A DNA stretch of 64,000 bases from an uncultured Pirellulaceae bacterium (lineage in GTDB: Bacteria > Planctomycetota > Planctomycetia > Pirellulales > Pirellulaceae): assembly GCA_937921995.1 (NCBI GenBank), contig CAKZVF010000008.1, positions 2,050 to 66,049 of the forward strand, in the 5' to 3' direction. The notes beneath the pieces were generated by a model that saw nothing but the letters and a program-made list of their open reading frames with translations, had not been told where the DNA came from and made no database searches. Made by a program: the position numbers and the translations under genes. Shown here piece by piece: positions 51,125-60,555 of the stretch (position 1 is the stretch's first letter; every line of letters starts with the position of its first letter).

Positions 51125-51401
51125 GGCGAGTTCTTTCGGTGAAGGGGGGAGGGACAGCGGAATTATTTGAGTGATCCCTTTCTATGACCGCCGAAGCAAT
51201 CCGTCAACCAACGGTAGTGAATCGAAAGCGGTTTCTAAATTGCGCGATGGTCAGAAGTGTTGCGTCGGCATGACTTTAGGTTTGGGGTTTAATTTCAACG
51301 CAAGCGCATAAAGTCTCTTGGCTACAGTTCAGGACAGAGCGATGGTTGCAAAAGGAGAGTCGTTGCCTCATCCACTACGGTCTTTTGAGGGCTACTTGTT
51401 C

Positions 51402-52715
51402 TTATTCCTCTTCGCTTTCCTCAAACCAGCCAGCGCTGCTATGTGGCGTGACGATTGCGTCGTTGAAATCGATGTGCCCTAAGTACTTCTGTGGGATGCG
51501 GCAGTGGACCTTTACGCGCTCCTCGGTGAACTGAGACGAAAGTACCTCGCCCTTGGCTGCCAGATAGGCCAGCAGTTTCCCGTTGCTGACGTCCATCTCA
51601 ATATCAACGTCTTGAAAGGATCGGCTGAGCGCATCGCTGACGACGCGGTGAAGTTCGTCGAATCCCATCTTCGTTTTCGCGCTGACGCAAATTGCATTCT
51701 TATATTTGCTTTGCAGCGACGTCAGCTTCGAAGGCTTTTCAATTTGGTCGACCTTGTTCAGGACAAGCAACGTATCTTTCTCTTCGATCCCAATCTCTTT
51801 AAGCACATCGTAGACGGATCGGATCTGGTCTCGCACATTCGGGTTGCTCGCATCGGCCACATGCAGCAACAAATCGGCTTGCCGAGTCTCTTCCAGCGTC
51901 GCCTTGAAACTGGCGATCAAACTGTGGGGAAGATCGCGAATGAAACCGACCGTATCACTTAATAAAACGGGTCCCCATTTTGGCAGATGCCATCGGCGCG
52001 TTCTTGTGTCAAGCGTCGCGAACAACATGTCTTCGGCCAACACATCGGATTTGGTCAGCGCGTTCATCAGCGTACTTTTGCCGGCGTTGGTGTAGCCCAC
52101 GATCGACACCGTCATCGTTCCTTTGCGAGAGCTGACCTGACGTTCTTTGCGCTTTTCGACTTTCTTCAAATCCGTTTTGAGGTCGTGAATTCTTTTTTCC
52201 ACCAACCGGCGGTCGGTCTCTAACTGCTTCTCACCAGGACCACGCATGCCGACGCCCATTTTCAGACGGCTAAGGTGAGTCCACATGCGTTTGAGTCGGG
52301 GGAGCGCGTATTCTAACTGCGCCAGTTCAACGGCCAGTCGTGATTCATACGTCTGCGCATGCGTCGCAAAGATATCCAGAATCAGCTCTGTCCGGTCGAG
52401 CACCTTCACGTTCAATTCGACCTCTAGATTGCGTACCTGCCCCGGCGAAAGATCGTTGTCAAAAATTACCACGTCCGCCGCGTGAAATTCAACCAGTTCC
52501 TTTAGCTCTTCGACTTTACCTTTGCCAAGATAAGTCCGCGGGTCAGGACGTTCACGATTCTGAGTCATCCCCGACATGACAAGCGCGCCGGCGGTTTTGG
52601 CCAGTCCCTCAAGTTCCCGCAATGGGTCAAGCTCGATCGGCGCGTCCGGAAGCAGGACACGCACCAAAACAGCGACTTCTTCTTTGACCTTTTCTGATTT
52701 TTGGCGATCGTGCAC
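51402..52715 (-). CDS. hflX: GTPase HflX
   Basis: RGPGEKQLETDRR, GYTNAGKST, LFATLD, DTVGFI, NKVD. Confidence 0.98.
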   Translation of the reverse strand: MHDRQKSEKVKEEVAVLVRVLLPDAPIELDPLRELEGLAKTAGALVMSGMTQNRERPDPRTYLGKGKVEELKELVEFHAADVVIFDNDLSPGQVRNLEVELNVKVLDRTELILDIFATHAQTYESRLAVELAQLEYALPRLKRMWTHLSRLKMGVGMRGPGEKQLETDRRLVEKRIHDLKTDLKKVEKRKERQVSSRKGTMTVSIVGYTNAGKSTLMNALTKSDVLAEDMLFATLDTRTRRWHLPKWGPVLLSDTVGFIRDLPHSLIASFKATLEETRQADLLLHVADASNPNVRDQIRSVYDVLKEIGIEEKDTLLVLNKVDQIEKPSKLTSLQSKYKNAICVSAKTKMGFDELHRVVSDALSRSFQDVDIEMDVSNGKLLAYLAAKGEVLSSQFTEERVKVHCRIPQKYLGHIDFNDAIVTPHSSAGWFEESEEE

Positions 52716-52801
52716 GTGGTTGGTTTCTTAAAGGGGGTGGTTGAAATGTAGCGGCAGGGAACGAGCCCAAGGGAACTTGCTGTAACCCGAAGTCGGAGCC
52801 C

Positions 52802-52876
52802 CGTTTAACGACAAGCCGGAAGGCGACCGTGCTTGGTAGGGCGAAACGCCGACGCCTGCCGGCTAGTCGTTAAACG
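52802..52876. repeat. ~75-bp palindromic interspersed element, copy 3
   Basis: cgtttaacgacaagccggaaggcg...cgcctgccggctagtcgttaaacg. Confidence 0.9.
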
Positions 52877-52884
52877 TATGAAAT

Positions 52885-53691
52885 CTATTTACGCGGCGTC
52901 ATGATCAAATAGACCTGTGTGTTTTTGGGAGGAATGGCCTTCGTGTTGGCTTCAAACAGCAGTCCGTCGGCCGAATCGCTGCTTTTGATTGGAACGTCCA
53001 TCATGGCCGTTGGGAAATTCGATAGGCAAATCATCTCGCCACTGTCAGCGTAATAAACTTGACGTCCGTCGACGCGGTCCACAAAAATTTCACTGCCGCC
53101 AAAAACCCAATCGGTGTCCATGGTCTCTTCGGTTCCCGATTTCCGCACCATCGACTTGGCGTCGACAGCCTTCTCTTCTTCACCATCGGCATTCCACCTG
53201 ACTTCGATCTTTATCGAAGGGCCCTCGGCCGGTCGGTAGTCTGGCTGCCATTGGACAGGATTGCCTGGTTCGAAGCCGAGTGCCACCATGCAAGCGTGGA
53301 TCTCGGATGATTTTGCTTCGACGGCCACGATTGATTCGTGTTCTTTGGTTTGCAAAGGACAAGCAAACATTTCCAGCGGCCCTTCGGTCAAACAAATGGA
53401 GCCCCGAACCATCACTTGTTTGGTGGTTTCGTTGATCCAAATTTGATTCTTGCCCAAACGTTTCCAACGGTCGGTAATTTCGATCGACTGTTGCTTTTTA
53501 TCGACAACCGCAGCGGTTTTAGGTTCGGTTGGATTTTCGACCGCCTCCGGTTGATCGGTTTCCCGTTGATCGGTCGTTTGAGTATTTTCCACTTGCGTCG
53601 TTTCAGACTGGGGAGACCCGTACGTGCTTTTTTGGAGCGGCGTTAATACCAGCAGCGCAACTAAGATACAAACGGAAGATTTGGTAATCAT
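52885..53691 (-). CDS. YdjY-domain secreted protein
   Basis: Signal peptide; LEMFAC..TKEHES, WVFGGS, ICLSNF motifs. Confidence 0.75.
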   Translation of the reverse strand: MITKSSVCILVALLVLTPLQKSTYGSPQSETTQVENTQTTDQRETDQPEAVENPTEPKTAAVVDKKQQSIEITDRWKRLGKNQIWINETTKQVMVRGSICLTEGPLEMFACPLQTKEHESIVAVEAKSSEIHACMVALGFEPGNPVQWQPDYRPAEGPSIKIEVRWNADGEEEKAVDAKSMVRKSGTEETMDTDWVFGGSEIFVDRVDGRQVYYADSGEMICLSNFPTAMMDVPIKSSDSADGLLFEANTKAIPPKNTQVYLIMTPRK

Positions 53692-53876
53692 GATCTTTTT
53701 GAGCGGTTCGATTGATTCAATGGTTTCGGTTCGAAAGTGGCCATCCGCTTTCGACGTCTATGTTGCATTGTAGACGTTGTGTGACAAAATTCGAGTCGTC
53801 GTCACATTCCTCCTTACTCAGATGAATCACATTGGTAAGATCGTCAGATTATTTCCACGCTTTTCGCCATTCCGAC

Positions 53877-55496
53877 ATGACCGCCTCCTCGACCACCGCC
53901 ACCGCTTTGGAAACCGACACCGCCTCCCCTGCCCTCTCGCGCTATCGAGCAGCCTTGCACAGTCCCTCTGGAGATCCGCTGGTTTGGATGCTTAATGGAG
54001 CGATTGGCAAATTTGATCCGGACGCAGTTCGCGCGTCTGCCGAAGCAGACAATCTGAACGTTTCTGACTGCTTAGCCACGATCAGTGCTGCGGTCGCTGC
54101 TAATGATGACTCGGCCGACCCATCGACCGACGCGTTGGTCAAACGGCTTGCCGAGATCAGCACGGTCTGCCAAACCAAGACATTGTCCTATCTCAACCAG
54201 CAGTTATTGTTGGTGGAACTGCCGATCACGCTGCTGCATAAGTTCGATGGCCAACCCAACGGCAGCAGCGATAGGATGACCGCTGCCGAAGTAGCGATTG
54301 GCGTTTTAAGTCGTTGTGTTCTGGACGTTTTAGACGATGACGGTTGGCCCGGAGCCGAAGTGCGTCAAGATTTCGGACCGCTGGCCGCCAGTTGGACTCG
54401 ATCGGTCGCAATGCTAAACGCGGCGGGATTGTCTTTGGATGACGATGTGGCAAAGGTCCTGAGATGGCTGCCCCGTCAAATTATGCGGCTCCGACGCGCC
54501 GACCGCACGCTGATGTTGTCTTCTTCTCCAGCGACAGTCTCTGACGATTTGTTGACGCTGATGATCGACGTTTTTGGTGATGCCGATGACGCCCAAATTT
54601 TTAAACGCACGGTCGATTCGCCCAAGTCACGGCGGCCGAACCTTGTGATGCTGGATAAGTCCCGCAATACGATTTCGACTTGGGGGGAGAGTCTGCTATT
54701 TCATGATGGTTGGGAGAAAAAATCCTGCCGGATTTCCGCGGAGTTTGACAAACAGGGATGCCAACTGGAAATCGCAAAAGCGAAAACGCTGATTCAAGGC
54801 AATGTTTTCCCAAGCCTTATCGTGGACGGCAATCCCCTGTCGATTATTGATGATCCCGATGTGCTGGTGGAGTACATTGACGGTGAAGTCGCGTTTGCGG
54901 AGATCGAATGGCATTTGGACAACGAAGTCGTGATGCAGCGGCAGATCATTTTGTCTTTGGAAGATAAATTTGCGTGGATTGGTGACGCTGTTACCGCGCC
55001 GGTTGAAGCCGAAATTGAGTATCGCTGTCAATGGACGTTGGGCGAAGGAATCTCGAGCGTCCAAGAATCGGAGACCAACGAGAGTTATCTCTATGACGGG
55101 GAGAAGATGCGTGGTTTGGTCATCCCGCCTGCGCTTGGCGAATGGAAGGCCGATCGTAGTGGTGGGCAGATGTCCTTCGGCGAGGATCACTTTTCGATGG
55201 AGTTAAAACGCAAGGGACGGTCGCTGTACGCGCCTGTTTTTATTGACCTTAGCCCAAAACGCAGCCTCAAACCGCGTACGTGGCGGCAGCTAACAGTCGC
55301 CGAAAATTTAGAGATCGTCAATCAAGACACCGCGGTGGCGTATCGCGTCCACGTCGGCAAACAGCAATTCGCATTTTATCGCTCGATGGCGGAGCCTCGA
55401 AACCGTACCTTCTTCGGTGAAAACGTGAACACCGAAATGTTCCTCGGCCGCTTGGAAAAGAATCGCTCAATGACGGAGTTAGTACAAATTGATTAA
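53877..55496 (+). CDS. Conserved planctomycete hypothetical protein
   Basis: Long ORF overlapping the start of yggS; C-terminal TWRQLTVAE...AYR motif. Confidence 0.75.
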   Translation: MTASSTTATALETDTASPALSRYRAALHSPSGDPLVWMLNGAIGKFDPDAVRASAEADNLNVSDCLATISAAVAANDDSADPSTDALVKRLAEISTVCQTKTLSYLNQQLLLVELPITLLHKFDGQPNGSSDRMTAAEVAIGVLSRCVLDVLDDDGWPGAEVRQDFGPLAASWTRSVAMLNAAGLSLDDDVAKVLRWLPRQIMRLRRADRTLMLSSSPATVSDDLLTLMIDVFGDADDAQIFKRTVDSPKSRRPNLVMLDKSRNTISTWGESLLFHDGWEKKSCRISAEFDKQGCQLEIAKAKTLIQGNVFPSLIVDGNPLSIIDDPDVLVEYIDGEVAFAEIEWHLDNEVVMQRQIILSLEDKFAWIGDAVTAPVEAEIEYRCQWTLGEGISSVQESETNESYLYDGEKMRGLVIPPALGEWKADRSGGQMSFGEDHFSMELKRKGRSLYAPVFIDLSPKRSLKPRTWRQLTVAENLEIVNQDTAVAYRVHVGKQQFAFYRSMAEPRNRTFFGENVNTEMFLGRLEKNRSMTELVQID

Positions 55497-56184
55497 CGAA
55501 CAAATCGTCGAACAATTCAAACAGAACTTGGCCCAAGTCAATCAGCGCATCAGCGCTGCCGCGGACCGGTCCGGACGCACCGCAGATGATGTGCAGTTGG
55601 TAGCCGTTTCGAAATACGTCGACGCGGCGATGACGGATCTGTTGATACAGGCCGGAGCTGTAGTCTTGGGCGAAAACCGTCCGCAGGCGTTGGATGAAAA
55701 ATTTCAAACGATTAACCAGCCCGGCGTGCAGTGGCATTTGATCGGTCAATTGCAGCGGAACAAAGTCAAAAAAGTAGTTCCTCAAGCGGCGTTGATCCAT
55801 TCGGTGGATTCCATTCGATTGATAAACGCGATTGATAAATCCGCCACCGATCAAGGCTTGGTCGCTGAGGTGTTATTGGAGGCAAATGTTTCGGGAGAAG
55901 CAGCCAAGCATGGTTTCCCACCGGAAGAAGTTGCTGCTGCGCTCGACCATGCCAATTCGTTATCATCAATAAAGGTCACCGGACTAATGTGCATGGCGGG
56001 GCTCGCCAGCGACAGCGATGACGTGCGTTCGGAATTTGCTAGACTTCGAGAACTCCGTGACCAACTCGGCAGCGCAGAACTCGTCCACCTCTCGATGGGC
56101 ATGAGCGGAGACTTCGAAACGGCGATCGAAGAAGGCGCGACGTTGGTGCGAGTCGGTGCGACGCTGTTTGAAGGCGTTACTTGA
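55489..56184 (+). CDS. yggS: Pyridoxal phosphate homeostasis protein
   Basis: LVAVSKY, GENRPQ, WHLIGQLQRNK, LSMGMSGDFE.AIEEGAT.VRVG. Confidence 0.96.
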   Translation: MINEQIVEQFKQNLAQVNQRISAAADRSGRTADDVQLVAVSKYVDAAMTDLLIQAGAVVLGENRPQALDEKFQTINQPGVQWHLIGQLQRNKVKKVVPQAALIHSVDSIRLINAIDKSATDQGLVAEVLLEANVSGEAAKHGFPPEEVAAALDHANSLSSIKVTGLMCMAGLASDSDDVRSEFARLRELRDQLGSAELVHLSMGMSGDFETAIEEGATLVRVGATLFEGVT

Positions 56185-56556
56185 ATAGGAACGCTGTCGT
56201 CCTCAGCTTCTCTGCCTATGCCGGGTACCGTCCCCCACTGGTGGGGCCTCGTAAGTATGCTTTGGAAAACTGATTTGCGTATTAGTCTCGAACCACCGAG
56301 GCTTCGAAAGGCGATTCAAAAACGCTACAGCAAGCTTCGCAAAGTTAGAATCTGTTTTACGGTCTGCTCTGGATTGTACCGCGTGCTTTTCTTATTCGCC
56401 AACACAATCTTCTTGCAATGTGATACTGATCTTTTTTAGGTAACTAGCCGTCAAAACTCAGCATTTTTGAAAAAAATTTAAATTTATCAAAATCGAAAAT
56501 GCTACGATAATGCTTTAAGCTGTTTGTTTACACGCAACCAACAATTGGTGTCAGCC

Positions 56557-57597
56557 ATGTTTTTTAAATCACAGAGATTTGTGTGCTCAGCGGTAGTTGT
56601 CCTTTTTGTGCTTATTCTGTTACCGGAGAGTTACGCTCAGACATCGGGGCATTTTTACAGTTATCGCACCAATTCGCCCGTCATTCTTCGATACGATGGT
56701 GGTACGGGGGCACTACTTGACTCCATCGACTTGTCAGGTGAACTGGGGGCGGATGCAAGGTTCCTCAATATTGAAGCCTCGTTTAACTCGCCCAATGTCA
56801 ATCTTACGGCGAGGGTGACCGGTGCAAGCACTGTAGATTTTGTCCGGTTTAATACGCACACCAATACAGTGTCTTCCGTAACGGAGGTTCCTGCGAATGG
56901 TCCCCTGGTAAGTTCGGCAGTATCAAATGCAATCTTTGGTGTGGATTTTCGCTATGACCCCGACACTGGCGAGACTTTCAGTACGGGGTATTATGATGAA
57001 TTTGACGGTGCCGTATATACTTATGGAATGCTTCAAGCGGCACCGCGAGGCGGTTATTTAATTGGGGAGGCAGTTGTTACCTTGTGGGATTTGCGCGGAG
57101 GGGCTCTGTTTGATGAAAATTTGGAGCCCGCAGCTTATTCCTCATCTATTCGAGATGATTATAAATTCAATAAAGCTGGAGAACTTTTTCACATTAGTGG
57201 CGGAGGTGGGTTGAATAAGGTAAGACTTTATGACGATCAGGTTAATGAATTTATTGCACATATTGACGATCTTCCAAGGTTCAGGGATTTTGTTCTGGGG
57301 AGGAACGGCAACGTATATTTGGACCAAGGAACAACGGTTTTTGAATACGACCTAGAAACTTCTCAACTAACCGAATTCGCTGAATTAAGTGATAGAGGTC
57401 AGATAGCTTTTCAGTCTAACGTTTCAGAATTGCTATTTGGTGATTGCAACCAAGACGGCGTCGTGAACTTCTTTGATATCGTTCCGTTTATCTCAATCCT
57501 TTCGGATGCAGACTATCTAGCTGAGGCAGACATTGACCAAAATGGCGTTGTTGACTTTTTGGACATCCAGCACTTCATCGCACTGCTCTCTTCGTAG
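56557..57597 (+). CDS. Secreted beta-rich protein with C-terminal dockerin-like (double EF-hand) module
   Basis: Signal peptide; GDCNQDGVVNFFDI and ADIDQNGVVDFLDI repeats; AT-rich. Confidence 0.8.
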   Translation: MFFKSQRFVCSAVVVLFVLILLPESYAQTSGHFYSYRTNSPVILRYDGGTGALLDSIDLSGELGADARFLNIEASFNSPNVNLTARVTGASTVDFVRFNTHTNTVSSVTEVPANGPLVSSAVSNAIFGVDFRYDPDTGETFSTGYYDEFDGAVYTYGMLQAAPRGGYLIGEAVVTLWDLRGGALFDENLEPAAYSSSIRDDYKFNKAGELFHISGGGGLNKVRLYDDQVNEFIAHIDDLPRFRDFVLGRNGNVYLDQGTTVFEYDLETSQLTEFAELSDRGQIAFQSNVSELLFGDCNQDGVVNFFDIVPFISILSDADYLAEADIDQNGVVDFLDIQHFIALLSS

Positions 57598-57720
57598 TGA
57601 TTGCAATTTTTCGACAAGCGTTTTACAAACAGTCCTATGCGGAAAGGGACAATACGGGCGTTGAATTCCCTAAGTTTTATACTGAGGCGAACTAGTGGAT
57701 TGTCAACATTTAATTTTAGT

Positions 57721-57783
57721 GTAGCTGGATTCGCCAGAATTCAGTTCAGCAGTATAAAACCGAAGTCTGGCGACTCCGGCTAC
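57721..57783. repeat. Inverted pair of GTAG-type REPs
   Basis: GTAGCTGGATTCGCCAGAATTCAG (+) and GTAGCCGGAGTCGCCAGACTTCGG (-). Confidence 0.8.
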
Positions 57784-57832
57784 GACGACACACTCTACCA
57801 TCCCTGACAATCCACTAGAGGCCGCGACGCAA

Positions 57833-59119
57833 CTACCGCTTATCTAGCACAACGAACTCACGTTTGGTGGGGCCGGTGTAGATCTGTCGAGGACGGCAGA
57901 TGCGGCTGCCGGGGGCCAGTTGCATCTCGCGCCAGTGGGCGATCCAACCGGGCAAACGACCGATCGCGAATAGGACCGTGAACATCTCGACGGGAATTCC
58001 CATGGCGCGGTAAATCACACCCGAATAGAAATCGACGTTGGGATATAGCCGTCGTTTGACAAAGTACTCGTCTTCGAGCGCGACCTTCTCCAGCTTCTGT
58101 GCGATCTCGAACAACGGATCGTCGATGTCCAACTTCTCCAACAGTTCGTCGCAAGACTTTTTGATGATCGTCGCGCGCGGGTCAAAGTTTTTGTAGACGC
58201 GGTGACCAAAACCCATCAAACGGAAACCGTCTTCTTTGTCCTTGGCCATCTTCACGTATTTTTCGACATCGCCGCCGTCTTCGCTAATGTTCATCAACAT
58301 CTGCACGACCGCTTCGTTGGCTCCACCGTGCAGCGGCCCCCACAACGCACAGATGCCCGACGAAATCGAAGCGAAGAGATTCGAATCCGCCGACCCCACC
58401 ATCCGGACGGTCGACGTGCTACAGTTTTGTTCGTGATCGGCATGAACGATTAATAGCAAATTCAATGCTCTAACGAACACAGGATCCGATTTGTATTCGG
58501 CACACGGTGTCGAGAACATCATCTGCAAAAAGTTTTCACAGTACGATTTGTCGTTGTCGGGATAACTGAAGGGTTGGCCAAGCGATTTTTTATACGCGTA
58601 GGATGCGATCGTCGGCAGTTTCGCGATCAGGCGGTGAATGGAAACTTCAACCTGCTGCGGATCGTGCGGGTCGAGCGAATCTTGGTAGAAGGTCGACAAA
58701 GCGCCGACAACACTGGACAGGATCGCCATCGGATGAGCGTCGCGCGGGAATCCGTCATAGAATGATTTTAGATCTTCATGCAGCATCGTGTGGTTGCTGA
58801 TACTATTTTGAAACGATGCCAACTCCGCTTCGTTGGGAAGTTCCCCGTAGACCAAGAGGTAAGCAACCTCAAGGAAATCACAGTTCTCGGCCAATTCTTC
58901 GATCGGGTAACCGCGGTACCGCAGTACGCCTTCTTCGCCGTTGAGGAATGTGATTCCGCTGGTGGTCGAACCTGTGTTCACGTAGCCTTGGTCAAGTGTG
59001 ACCAAGCCGGTGGTTGCACGGAGTTTGCCGATGTCGAGGCCCTGTTCGTTTTCGGTCCCGGTAATGATTGGCAAATCGAGTTCTTTATCACCACACTTGA
59101 GTTTCGCGACTTCTGACAT
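57833..59119 (-). CDS. gltA: Citrate synthase (type II)
   Basis: HADHEQNCST, LWGPLHGGANE, MGFGHRVYK, YPNVDFYSG; likely start MSEV at 59119. Confidence 0.98.
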   Translation of the reverse strand: MSEVAKLKCGDKELDLPIITGTENEQGLDIGKLRATTGLVTLDQGYVNTGSTTSGITFLNGEEGVLRYRGYPIEELAENCDFLEVAYLLVYGELPNEAELASFQNSISNHTMLHEDLKSFYDGFPRDAHPMAILSSVVGALSTFYQDSLDPHDPQQVEVSIHRLIAKLPTIASYAYKKSLGQPFSYPDNDKSYCENFLQMMFSTPCAEYKSDPVFVRALNLLLIVHADHEQNCSTSTVRMVGSADSNLFASISSGICALWGPLHGGANEAVVQMLMNISEDGGDVEKYVKMAKDKEDGFRLMGFGHRVYKNFDPRATIIKKSCDELLEKLDIDDPLFEIAQKLEKVALEDEYFVKRRLYPNVDFYSGVIYRAMGIPVEMFTVLFAIGRLPGWIAHWREMQLAPGSRICRPRQIYTGPTKREFVVLDKR

Positions 59120-59363
59120 TAAATATTTTCCTGCAAACCCGCTGAGGGGAAACCGATGGCCTGTGAATGTTAAAATAATGTTTCCCAAACCCGTTGTTTC
59201 GGCGGTATCTGGAACACATCTCTTCACCCTCAGTTTAACGAGTTTTGCGAAAATGCGAAACCGGCGAAGCTTGCGAAATCGTCTCAGTCGCCTTAGTCAG
59301 TGGGCTCACCTTCATAATTTCGGGCGAAGCCTCATGGGGAGATTCGTCTTTCGTCAGCGCGTG

Positions 59364-60302
59364 TCAAGTTAACAACAAAACCCCTGACAACGTCACGAAT
59401 GAGAAAGCGGTGCAGACCACCACAGTGGCCGCCGCAAGGTCAGCGTCGCCATTCATTTGGTCGGCCAGAACGAAGCTGGACACGGCCGTGGGTGTCGCTG
59501 AAAGGATCAGGATGGCTTGCAGTTCCAGTCCGGCCAACCCGACCGATCGGCCGATGACCCAGCACAGAACCGGGCAAACGATGCACTTGATCACCGTGGG
59601 CAAAACGGTGGCTTGCCAAGCATTGGACGCCGGGATGGAGATCAGCTGACTGCCAATGCCAATGAGCGCGATGGCAAACGCCGATGCGCCGATGATTTCA
59701 CAGATGTGCAGCACCGGCGTCGGAACGTGCCAACGAAAATACTGAAAGGCTCCGCCCGCGATACATGCCCAGATGATTGGGTTCTGCAACAGGTTAATGA
59801 ACATGTGGCGATAAGAAAACGAATGCTGCGTGTTCTCGTTGTAGGCGGCCAGCGCGACGACCGATCCAACATTATAAAAAAGAACAACCGGCGTCATCGT
59901 CAGCAGCACCGCCGATTCAAACGCGGATTTTTGCTCAAGTGGCAAATCGGCGATCAGGAACAACACCAGCGGCAATCCGATGAAGGCAAGGTTACCGCGA
60001 AAAGAAGCTTGGAGCATCGAACCGCGCGATGCGAATGGGATTTTGAAGACGTAGCCCGCCAGCCAGGCGACGCCACCGGTCGCGGCAACAGCCGCTATCA
60101 ACGTGAACACCATCGAGTCGACTTGGCTGCCGGATCCGGATGCGGTGGCCAGTTTATAAAACAGAAACAGCGGCAGCGCGAAGAAGTATGCAAACTGATT
60201 AAACGCTTGCGTCGATTCCTTCGTTAAGAACTCCCGTTTTCGCAGCAACATGCCCAAGCCGATGACGGCGAAGATCGGGATAAGGCTGTTGATGATTTGC
60301 AT
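59364..60302 (-). CDS. AEC (auxin efflux carrier) family transporter
   Basis: About 10 TM helices; RGNLAFIGLP, NPII, PTAVSS motifs. Confidence 0.9.
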   Translation of the reverse strand: MQIINSLIPIFAVIGLGMLLRKREFLTKESTQAFNQFAYFFALPLFLFYKLATASGSGSQVDSMVFTLIAAVAATGGVAWLAGYVFKIPFASRGSMLQASFRGNLAFIGLPLVLFLIADLPLEQKSAFESAVLLTMTPVVLFYNVGSVVALAAYNENTQHSFSYRHMFINLLQNPIIWACIAGGAFQYFRWHVPTPVLHICEIIGASAFAIALIGIGSQLISIPASNAWQATVLPTVIKCIVCPVLCWVIGRSVGLAGLELQAILILSATPTAVSSFVLADQMNGDADLAAATVVVCTAFSFVTLSGVLLLT

Positions 60303-60390
60303 AGGAGAATTCGGTGGAGGTTTGCTCCGAAGGATGGGCTCTCAGCCCGTCCAGACCGTGCGGTTTGAGGTTGGGTTTAAATTCCCCGCC

Positions 60391-60547
60391 GGACTCGTTG
60401 CCTCGTCCACTACGGAGGTTGCGAGTAACACCGTTTAACGACTAGCCGGAAGGCGTCGGTGTTTGGCGGGGTAAAACGAGGTCGCCTGCCGGCTTGTCGT
60501 TAAACGGGTTTAATGGAAATGCCTGGACTCGTTGCCTCGTCCACTAC
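60391..60547. repeat. Composite (BIME-like) repeat: copy 4 of the 75-bp palindrome flanked by identical 23-bp GTAG-type REPs
   Basis: ggactcgttgcctcgtccactac at 60391-60413 and 60525-60547; palindrome at 60431-60507. Confidence 0.9.
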
Positions 60548-60555
60548 CAGCATAA

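Noticed and set aside
60391-60547. Identical 23-bp direct repeats as a mini CRISPR array
   Set aside because: Only two units, a spacer over 100 bp that is itself a repeat, REP-type structure, and no cas genes.
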